Source: Phoronis australis
Lineage: Eukaryota; Animalia; Phoronida
Length of the DNA stretch: 64,000 bases
Assembly (NCBI GenBank): GCA_002633005.1
Contig: NMRA01000592.1
Location: forward strand, 72,855-136,854
Direction: 5' to 3'
A program made the position numbers and the translations under genes. Numbering within the stretch: position 1 is the stretch's first letter; the number at the start of each line of letters is the position of its first letter. Below the pieces are notes generated by a model. That model ran no database searches. It worked only from the letters and a program-made list of their open reading frames with translations, and was not told the origin of the DNA. This document shows positions 1 to 10,800 of the stretch, one piece after another.

Positions 1-2301
1 ACAAACATGTAGATCTTGGTTGATTAGCCATTGTTTTAACCACTTATGGTGAACCTTATTGTACCGCTGACAGGCTCAAGGCCGAAACCAATGAGAACTA
101 GGATTCCTCTTTAAATCATATAAATGATAGTATATTTTATTCGATCTGTAAACAACAAATTACAAGACATTAGAAACTAATTAATCTAAATAACAATTAC
201 TTGTCAAACGCTATTTATAATTCCGATATAAACTTTAATNCATATTAGTGTGTGGGCCTCGTGTATGTAACTGGAATGCCTTACATGAATATCTAGACAC
301 AGGTCACATATTAGTGTGTGGGCCTCGTGTATGTAACTGCTACATCAGGTTTTGAATTTTGCGCAAATTAAGGAACTTTCCCTGTATGCTCTTTGAAACA
401 AGAAGGACGCTGTTTGCAATTGCGTGATGATGTTTTATTTCTAAAAAACAGAATTTTTTATGAAGAATGTTGAATTTTTCACAAACAATATTGTTTGGTG
501 TGCAAATTTTGTTTCATTGTGTCATTAGTTACAAAAATGTGTCTGAAATTTTCTTTGAAAGTCTTTGCCCTCAAAAATGAAGACATCAACTTTCCATAAA
601 TATACTGAAGTCTTGACATTTGACCCCAGAGCTCGAGGGTTTAAACTTAAAGCCTTATAAGAAAACCTCAGTTGAGAAAAGCTTATGTAGTTAATAGGGT
701 TAAGATTTTGCAAGTTCTTTGAGAAAAAACTCATGTTTGCAAATTTCAGTGACAAATCAAATTATTTCATGAAAACGCAGTGAGCATCTAGGACATGTTT
801 TGTGAAAGTGACAGAAACTTGGTCTTACACTCAGATTTCATAATTGCTGAAAAAAGGTTTAGCGAAGTAATTTATAGAAATTATCACAGGATGTAACAGT
901 AGAGTAACCGGTGTCTATTGCACTTTGCATGCACGCACCCAGCCTTTGATATGGGGGGGCTCGAATTCCTGAGGTTGTGGACCATTTGCTAAATTGTTTA
1001 CTTAATGCCAAGTCATGAGTTTTCAACCATTTGCTAAATTGTTTACTTAATGCCAAGTCATGAGTTTTCATGGAACAGAATCAGAGCAAACAATTTTGCT
1101 TGACATTATAGCTCGTTTATTATTGTATTTTGAACACTGTATAGGGCTTTGTTGTCTTGGTTTTGCTAAAAGTTTTAGCGAGAAACCTGAAGTAGAAAAT
1201 ATTGTTGAAGTATTTCACTGTATGGTTGTCAGGGGGCTTAAAGCTGATAATATTCTAGGATACAGAATTTGATGGAGGAGTGAGATGTTGGGAAGATGAT
1301 ATTTTGATATGGTGTGTGTTATCATGTGCAATTATATATTATGCAATTTTTTTGTTTACTTTGATGTGAATAAATCATGTTATCATATTGTTACTATGTA
1401 TGCAGACCAAGCTATAGGAGTTCAAAGATTATCTGAAGTTCATTATTGTGGTGGCAAACAGGGCTTTATCTAGGATTTCGAAAATAGGGTGTCCAAAATG
1501 GGATTCCCAATATTCCAGGATGTCCATGATTCCAACAGCGCGTTACCCCCACCCCCCACCACCATTCACCAGTAATCCCCCACACACCACAGTGAGTTTT
1601 TTACAAAAAATGTGTTTACCAAGGCTTTTACATCTAAGTTTAGAAAAACAGCTCCCCTGTAGTAACTTTTTTACTAAAAACAGTAAGTGGACCAAAACTT
1701 CTTCGTCTCCATATTAAAACATTAAAACACACATTGAAAAGCATGAAACTGGCACAAAATCAAAATTTTTAAATAGGTATATTCTTGTAGCACAATATAG
1801 TATTAAACTAATGACATTTATTTTGCTTTTGGTGTTCTTAAAAAAAAGATGTAGAAAAGATGTAGAACATGAAACTACAGCTCTGAAAAAACACTTTGGA
1901 GTTAACCAAGGTTCATGCCCCTATATTATGGTACCAAATTTTTATTTGAGACAGACCTCAGAAAGCAGAGACAGCAATGGAAGACCTACTAATGATTGAC
2001 ATGTCTTCTCAATTTAGTTAGAACATTGTGTAACATTTTATGTACATTGTATATTTCTTTCTGAGTTAAAGTGTAGGCAACATGACTCCAGTACCTCAAA
2101 ATAAATTTTATTATTATATCTTACTTGGTTTCAGTGCCTTTAGTGCACAGCTCATAAAGAAACACGTAATAATTGAAAAAAATAATTATGTACGTCATGG
2201 GTTGAACCCAAGTCATTCGGCACACTGTTCGGATCAGCAACTAAGTGTATAGAGTGAAGTGAAAGTAAAGTATATTTAGCGTCGAGAAGGTTCGTAGAGG
2301 G

Positions 2302-2540
2302 ATGAAAAGATGTTTTTGCGGAGGCTGCAGCAACAGCAGTCAGACGGAGAACGTCTCGGTGTTCCGAAGGACGCCAAAGTTGCGCAGTAGTGGCATCGCT
2401 TCGTGCGCCGAACGAGAGTGTGGGACCTCACCGTGGACCAAGCGATTCTGTCCGGAGCCACTCTGTGTTCTGCCCACTTTGAGGAGTCGTGTTTCGACTC
2501 CAATCAGACGAGATGTTACAATGAAGGCCTGGTTCAATAA
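2302..2540 (+). pseudogene. THAP-domain (C2CH) transposase N-terminal remnant
   Basis: MKRCFCGGCSN, then after a frameshift PKDAKVAQ*WHRFVRRTR..ATLCSAHFEESCF. This is the THAP C-x4-C...P...W...CSxHF signature with one frameshift and one stop. Confidence 0.75.
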
Positions 2541-2574
2541 AGGACAATATTTACTATTCAGAAACATCGGCTCT

Positions 2575-2831
2575 TTATTCAGGATCGTCTGTTGGATGAC
2601 TGGGTTGACTGGCCGAGCCCGAGGCCGCTTCTCTCGCGGGAGGATCCAGTTCGTAAGGCCTCAAAGTAGAAAAGTACGCAGCTGAAAACATATCAAACTC
2701 GTACTCGCTTTCGTGCAACCCCATTTCATCATCCTGGCCACCATTCTCGTACGTTTCTTCACAGTATTTGTTCATTTCTTGCTCATAATCGTTGTCGCTT
2801 TCAAATTCCCTACTCTCCGCTGTTGTCACAT
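2575..2831 (-). pseudogene. Truncated acidic ORF convergent with the THAP remnant, possibly the second gene of a Kolobok-type element
   Basis: Acidic ORF containing LRPYELDP, reminiscent of the PYxFEP motif of P2X7-C-terminal-like transposon proteins. A candidate TTAA end lies at 2987-2990. Confidence 0.35.
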
Positions 2832-3639
2832 GGCGGGAAATGTGAAAATTGGCAAAATTGAAAGAGAAATCAAAATTTTGAGCTAATGACACAAAATAAT
2901 CATGGATTTGGCTAAATTTTACGTCATATATTTAGTCTGTGGCCACCGGTAATTCGAAATGTGCAAAAATCCATGGTGTGTACTGTTTAAAAGGGCCAAC
3001 ACTTCTCTCTTGAACTATCATCTAACTTTCATTAACTGGGAGTCCTTGTCATCTTACAATGTGGATGTCCGAACTGGAGAAATTCTGATTAACAGTGTGC
3101 CTCCAAATGATACATTGGGCTCCTTGCCAGGGTGTCCAGATTAGTGTTAGGGCATCCAAATGGACGCCAAGGACATATGCTGGATGAAGACCTGGCAGCA
3201 AAAAAATGAGCTGCAGTGATTCTAAAGTTTTATCTCCCCTTAGTTTTGTCTTTGTAACTGACCTTTGACATAGGGAAAATTTCCTGGTCAGAATTTTGAA
3301 TTTCAGGTCGCAGCCAGGAAATCTATGCATTTTAAAAAGAAAATTTGTTTGATTTATGACTGGTGAAAAACTTATAAGTTCTTTACCAAGGCCATAGCTT
3401 GAACTAAATTTTAGAAATTGGCAATGCTGGCTTTCCCATATTCAACAATTACCAGAAAAGTGGCAAAGTAACTATCTGGAATTCCAATTCCAGGAAATGC
3501 ACAGGCTACCCATAAATTTTATGGTTATATAACACGTCACCAATTACAAACATCCCCACTTTTTTGTGCATGGGTGATTTGGTACCACAAATAAACACTC
3601 CTTCCAGACTTATCTGCAACAAAATACGCCTAGAATGAG

Positions 3640-4148
3640 TTGTCACTTAGGTTTGGGGGTTGTCTAAATGCGAGTCAAACCAGTGCAACTTATGAACACT
3701 TTCTCTACGTTATTGAAGTAAGGTAACTAAATTGCTCTTGGGTAACTTGCACCGCCTCTAATTGCTGTGTGGCTGCAAACATGGCAATAGACGAAAATAA
3801 TTATCAACGGTGAACTTGAAGAGTTTCATAGATATGGGTCTTCTTTTTCGCACTGTGTTTGCATTAGCTGTTCAATAACATTGTGGAGAGTGACAACATC
3901 TGCCTTTATTGTCCTTAAGTTATCGGAATATGTGTGTGTGTGTGTGTGTGTGGACACACCACTTAAGGTGGGGGGAAGTTACACTTAAGTACAAGTTGTT
4001 CTGAGGGTAAGAGTGTGTGTGTACTGGACTTGACAAACCCTAACAATCATCATACAGGTAGGCTTCCAGTCACCCAACAAACTGAACAAACATGTAGATT
4101 TTGGATGATTAGCCATTGTTTTAACCACTTATGGAGCTGAACCTTATT
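3640..4148 (+). repeat. Dispersed repeat; related copies at 1-60 and ~49330-49670
   Basis: 4086-4148 is nearly identical to 1-60. AATTGCTGT.TGGCTGCAAAC, AGTTATCGGA and AGGGTAAG..TGTGTGT blocks are shared with 49430-49665. Contains a (GT)n tract at about 3930-3952. Confidence 0.65.
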
Positions 4149-4264
4149 AAGTTTGACACTGATAAGGTGTTGTGATAAAAGCAGCAAAATTTCTAAGTGC
4201 CTAGAGCTCAGGCTAGCACCCATGTGTAATTTACTTCACCAAACTTATTTTCAATTGGAAGATG

Positions 4265-4870
4265 AGCTTTCAAATGTGGTAACATTGGCTACATTTGTCA
4301 TCAGTTCCATGTTTGATAATACTCTTTACTTCTCCCCTTGGGCTAATCTGTTTAAGGGGTCATTAGTTTCATCTGTAAAAGATATAACTCTTGTATTTCT
4401 CCCTTCAGGTGCTGATCTGGCCACAGTGGTCATTAGTTTCATCATCAGCACGTCACCCTTTACTTCCCCTGGTGCTGGTCTTCTAGACTACAGGGGTCAT
4501 CAGTATCACGTGTAGGAGATATATTTTCTATAATAAAAATAATTGCAGGCACTCACCAGACGTGCGCAGGCCGCGCATGTGGGCCCATTGTTCTGATCAT
4601 CTGGAAATATTTTTTGTGCTTTATTAACATATAGTTTCTATCTCTCCCCCTCTGTGCTGGTCTGGCTACAATGGTCATCCGTTTCATCAATATGTCACTC
4701 TTTACTTGTACCTTCAGGAGCTGGTCTGGCTACAATGGTCATCCGTTTCATCAATATGTCACTCTTTACTTGTACCTTCAGGTGCTGGTCTGGCTACAAT
4801 AGTTATCCGTTTCATCAATATGTCACTCTTTACTTGTACCTTCAGGTGCTGGTCTGGCTACAGTGGTCAT
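4265..4870 (+). repeat. 64-bp tandem array copying the SLC6 exon acceptor and the exon start
   Basis: The acceptor TTTACTTGTACCTTCAG ends at 4717, 4781 and 4845. Older diverged copies lie at 4265-4510. Confidence 0.9.
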
Positions 4871-7800
4871 CACATTCCTTCTCACCACATATTACATTGT
4901 CATCATGGCTTGGGCTCTCTTCTACTTTTTCAACTCATTCTCTGCCCAGTTGCCCTGGCTGTCATGTAATGCTACCTACAACTCTGATCAATGTTGGACC
5001 AACAACACAGGCACTGAGCTCTTCCGTCCAAATGACAGCATATCATCAGCAGAAGACTATTACAAGTAAGATGATTGTGGTTAGTAGTGTTGAAAAGTCG
5101 TGAGTAAAACAAAGATTGTGCCCAGTTATCATTCACTTATGTTTCAGGTGTTAGCTACAATTGCTGTTTTTCCAATTTACTGGGTCTACACTTGCAGAGT
5201 GAAAAAGGAAATCTCCTGAAAGACCAAGTGGTCTCATTGTTAGCAGTAGTTGCAGTTCAGTTAAGTTTTTGAATAGCGTATAGTTTGTGAAAAGTACACT
5301 TGATTATAGGTTTTTGAATTTTGAAAATCCGACAAGAAATATGTTGATATTAAATACAATGATGGATTTAAATGGGCTTGACATGTTTTGGCATTTATTT
5401 AAACACCATCCTCAGAAGCAACAAGTAATGATACACAGGCACAGTCAGTTCCAGGGGTGTATAACAGTAGACTAGTCTAACAATGATAACCTGTGGCGGT
5501 GTGCCAGTTGCCTATTGAGACTAGACTTACACCAACTGATATGCAGAGCCTCGGATCAGGGAACATCTAAATTCTGACAAAAGTTCACTTATTAATATTC
5601 ATCTGCAGAACTCCAATTATTGTTATGAGCAATGATCTTTCAATGGCTTTGCTATTGTAGACCAATCAGAAACAACAAAGGGCTGAGAATTTGTGAGGCT
5701 TGGGAAAGGCTCGGGATTTTGACAAAATTTCCAAGAAGTTTTGCCCATGTCGTAAGCCTGAGACAAGTGTAGAATTCTCTTTTTCTTACTCATTTCTGAC
5801 ATCTTCATTCGTCATGTTCGTCATTGCCACCATCATCTCCATTGTCGTCTTTTCAGTTAATTTCGCCAAGTGTCACTCCTCCGAGCGCTTTCATTACTTC
5901 TTGTTGGGTCTAGCAAGGTGGCCACTCAGTGACTGTTTTTGCTTCTGAGGATGGTGTTTTGATCTGAATGCCGAAACATGTTAAGCTGATTTATGTGTAA
6001 GAAATATAACATTTACATCTTGAAAACTTTGTAGAATTTTGCCATATCATGCTCCTCATTGACTGAGCTGTTTGTACCACAAAATTAGGCAGTTCCCAAA
6101 TCGCCAGGCAGCAGTTGGATTTTAAAGTTCAACAACCCTCATCATATATTCTTGGCTTACAAATTTATGAATAGGCAAATCTTGCAGTTAATAATTATAA
6201 AAATATTCAGTGGTGCATTTGAATTGTTTAGCACTGGCAGGTATACTTGCTATTCATGAACAAAATACAAATCTTTCCATCTTAATGGTATAAGCTTTAT
6301 TTACAGTTTTGTCATAATAAGCAGCAGCATAAATGTGTTATACAATGAGGGACTGAGAGAGATTGTTGACAGACAAACCGATATTTATCGGATAAGTGCG
6401 GAATATTATGCAGACTTTGCAGAATATTACGCTCTTGCAGAATACAGAGGGACAGTTGTGCTGTGTTTAGACATGTCACAAAGTACAGACTGAGAGGAAT
6501 GTAAAGTTCATCTATTTCACTGGTGTAGGTATTAAGTGAATTAGATTAATTCTTAACAAAGATTAGAAATAGTTTGTTGAATTGTAACAAAAACTGGATG
6601 AAATTTAAGTAAAAGCAACATAGCGTCACTGTTTGATTTTTGAAAAGCCGAGCAAAGCTAGTGAGAATTACATTTTGAAAGAGCAAACTCAACGGTTTAA
6701 TCAGTTTTTGGAAAACAGGTGTATGGCGTACTACACACTTTTTCTCCACTCGGCATTCTCAGGTCATCACAAAGTTTCGGATGACATTCTTCACCCAAGT
6801 TTCACATTGGTTTCACAGGTCATGCTTCAGTCATGTGGAGAATTTCTGGCTTACACTGGTCACCACTCAGATTCCCTTAGCCCCAGACAACTAAACTTTT
6901 ATGATGCCTATTTAGCTCGCCCTTTGTATTGATGTACCGTATTTGCCGTAATAACCGCCCAGGGCGCTTAGAAAAGTTCGATTTAGGGGGGGGCGCTTAT
7001 TATAACCCAAGGCAGTTGAAACCCGGTCTCCGAAACGGGTGAAATCGGAAGCTAAGTTCATCAAATTTACGCTCTGTGACATATATGTAATCTATGAAAG
7101 ACTTTCAACAAAACTTTGATGCATTGCTATCAAACTTTGCTGCTAAATTACGATCATTTTACAGAAAATTGCGCTGAAATCCCAGGGCGAAAACTCGCTG
7201 TCTTCGATATATTACGACTTAAATACTTGAATAAAAATGGTTTCGACTCGAGCAAATTACCTGAAATCCTCATTAAGTTTTATAAGTAGCGTCTCTAAGA
7301 TTTTTAAAGTTCCCGTGGAGTCTGGATTAACGGCGGGTTTAAGTACAAATCTGTACAACATCGTGCCATCTACATGTATGATCGGCAACACGGCGAGAAA
7401 AATGTCTGGACTAACACACGTTGTTGTCACGTGACGTTTGTTTTGAAGTTCGTCTGCGAATAAGCGAGCGTGTGCGTGTCACCAGAGTTCATTTGCCAAA
7501 GCAGAGACCGTCTTTTGGCCAGAGCCACGCAATCTAACTAGCTAGATGTGTCTAAAGAAATTTGCACAAGCAGTAGGCCTAAACCAGAGCGTGTTTCATT
7601 CAGCACTTGCTGGTCTCGTGCTAAAAACTTTCGACATTTGTCTCGGTAAGGCCCATATTAGTCTTCGTGTAGCTGGATGCGTACGTAATTATCTGACAGT
7701 TATTTTTCGGTGTAAGGGTGTGTAAGCATTCACTGTCAGTTGTCATTTTATCGGATATTCGGCTTAAAAACACTGATTATGGTTAATCAAACAATCCATC

Positions 7801-10800
7801 TAAAAATAACGCAAACATGTTTTATAGTATTAGAAATTGTCGGAAATTAGTGCCAATATTCATTTGTTATCGATGCTATGCTACACGTTTCATGAATGGA
7901 TAGTTCCCGACTAATGTCTTTGATGATAGGTTCATGTATGTAGCACGTGCTTCCTGGCCTCGTGCGTTTAACACCGAGTTATTTTTATTCATGAGACAGT
8001 CGATGTGTCTACTGAAAGGTCAGACCATAGTGGGACACGGTCGTCGCGAGAGCGTAGCAAAGCTGTTGCGTTCTTTTTGAAGCGCTGCGTTACTTTGAAG
8101 TGTAAAGTCACGGCTAAATACAAAAGTAGCAGTGCCGCTGGTGGTCTAGAAGACCCGTGCAAAATTTTTTTGATAAATTGAAGACGTTACTGTAGCCGAG
8201 TTTTAGGGCAGTAGGTTGGTCATTGTTCGCATGTACACGTTCATGGACTGGGCGCTTATTTCAGCAAAGTCTGAAAACGCATGGGGGGGGCGCTTATAGG
8301 GGCATGGGCGGTTATTACGGCGAATACGGTGGTTCTGATCTAATGAAGTGGAGAGGCAATAGCTTGCACTACAGTCTCAACAATGATGGTTGTGATTACA
8401 CCCACTTGGTTTTCTCTGGCATTTGCACAGAGTTACAGCTTGCAACTGTGGAGAGAAGTTTTAACTTGGTACATTAAATATTACAAAATGACTAAAAAAG
8501 TTAATTTGTGTTTAACTTGACCAAGGGCCACCTCCCAAAGGAACGAGGATTTTAATATTAAATATGTTTCATACCGGTTTTTGTTATTTCATTTTTATGC
8601 GCCCACATATTGCCGTCATCTCTGTCTGGGTGTCCGGCGTCCGCGGCTGTATCTCCTAAGCCCCTTGCAGGATGTTATGAAATTTGGCAGATGTGTTCCC
8701 ATGGGTAGACGACAGAGGGCAACGAGTTTCGGACCGACCCAAATACCACTGTGCCTACTTAAGTGGCAATTTTAGTTTTTTACGTTTGCCTCTGTATCTA
8801 CAAAGGTCCTCAACTGATTTTCATGAAATTTGGCACGTAGGCATCTATTAATGAGATTATGCTATCCTTCCATTTTCAGATCGATTTGAGGTATTTTGCG
8901 CCATCTGGTGCCCATTTCTAGTATTTTCGAGTTAGTTTTTTTGGCGTCCGCCCCTCTGTCAACCAAACCACTCTAAGGATGATTGCGAAAATAGGCATTT
9001 CTGCTCTTACTATGAAGAAGACGGTTGACAATGGTTTTCCGACGACTTCGATTACTGTAGCGCCTCCTAGTGGCAGTTTCGTTTGTTTTGGCGCCCATGG
9101 CTGTATCTCCTAAACGCTCTACAGGATCTATATTAAATGCAGCAAATGTGTTTATATGAACTTGACAACAGACGACGACAATTAACTTTCAGACAGATCG
9201 GACTACAGGTGTGATCCCTAGTGGCAATTTTATTTTTTTTTGCGTTTACCTCTGTGTCTTCAAAGGTCCTTGATGGATTTCTATAAAATTTGGCACATAG
9301 GCATCTATTAATGAGGTGACGCTAAATGCTCTACAGCATCTTTACTAAATGTAGCAAATGTGTTAATATGAAGTTAACAACGGAAGACGATGACTTTCAG
9401 ATGGGTCCAACTTACACTGCCCCCTAGTGGCAATTTCATTTTTTCTATTTTCCTGTTTCTCTGAAGTTCCTCGACGAATTTTCATGAAATTTGTTAAATA
9501 GCGTTCTTTTAAAGAAACGGTAACATTTTCCGGTTTTCAGATGGATTTGACATATTGTGCGCCATCTAGTGGCTATTTTTACTGTTTTTAGTCAGTTTTT
9601 GCCGTCCGCCCTCTGTCAACCAAACCACTCTTAGGATGATTGTGAAAATTGGCTGATATATTGTTAGTGTGGAGAGGCCGTTTGACGATGATTTTCCGGC
9701 TTTAATTACTGTGGCGCCTCCTAGTCGCAGTTTTTTGCGCCCTTGGTTGTATCTGTTTATTAAATTTAGCAATTGTATTTATTGATAACGGAAGGCGACG
9801 TTTTTCAGACGGATCCGATGAACCTTTGTCCCCAAGTGACAATTTTATTTTTTCCGTTTTGCTAAAGTTTCTTGATGGATTTTCATGAAATGTGGTAAAT
9901 AGCTTTTTGTTAAAAAACAGACAGAGACATTTTCCAGTTTTTTGATGGATTTGAAATATTTTGCACTATCTAGTGGCCATTTTTATAACACAAATGAACA
10001 CCCTAGAAGCTAGAAGCACACCGTTTGCAGTGCATTCGTGGGTGCATTTCAACGCTCTGCGTTGCTCTTGTTAATACTTTTTTTTTTCTTACCAGGAATG
10101 AATTAGTATTAGTTAATAGTGAACCCATCCCTGAACTTTCCACTGATTAGAGCTACACTAAACATTTCACAGCGAACAAAACTTCATGCTTAGTTCAAGT
10201 TTAGTCTTTATTAGAACTCAAATCATAAAATATACACTAAAGCTCACATATGGTGATAGCCAAACTGTAGATTTGGAATCTCTGGACAATTTTGGTTGCA
10301 TTAACTACATAACTATTCTAACTTTTTGTCAGTCATAAAAAATGAAGAGTCTGCACAGGTTAAATACAACTGTGTCATAGTAATAAATCTGGTTAAACGA
10401 GATTGAAAGAATACTAAAAGAATAATGCATGTGATATTGTTAACTCTGATCAGCGTTTGTAAATCCACTGGGTATATCAATACATACTGTCATTTATTGA
10501 ACACCTGAATAGCGCCGTGGTGTTCGTTTTTAATGAAAATTATTGGTTTATGCATTTTGAAAATTTGCCATTTTGTAAGGCAGAGATGTTTACTACAGTT
10601 TATGGCCGGGTAATTACACTTCATTTGGGTCTTGCTCGCGCAAGACAATGCGGTCATCACAACTGTATCGCCGAACTCCGGCGCCGCGCTCTCTTTGATC
10701 CTGGTAAAAGCCGCTCAGAAGGACCAGCGGTGAAAATTCTGACATATCTTTAGAAATGCGTGACTTTCTTGTAAGCCTATTATTCACAGTATGTTACCAA

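Larger units (their letters stand above)
1459..3194. mobile_element. hAT-like non-autonomous DNA transposon
   Basis: Imperfect TIRs: CAGGGCTTTATCTAG on the left and CAGGTCTTCATCCAG (reverse complement) on the right. The flanking 8-mers GTGGCAAA and GCAGCAAA can both derive from GCGGCAAA by CpG decay. Confidence 0.55.

Noticed and set aside
67-95. CTGACAGGCTCAAGGCCGAAAC, hammerhead-like
   Set aside because: The core is not CUGAnGA, and no stem III, cleavage triplet or stem I can be formed.
240-340. 35-bp direct duplication (CATATTAGTGTGTGGGCCTCGTGTATGTAACTG) next to an N
   Set aside because: It abuts an ambiguous base, so an assembly join artefact cannot be excluded. It has only two copies and is not CRISPR-like.
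4255-4312. Minus-strand CTGATGA..stem..GAAA arrangement
   Set aside because: It lacks the G-C closing pair and stem III pairing, and lies in a degenerate copy of the exon-derived repeat, so it is likely chance.
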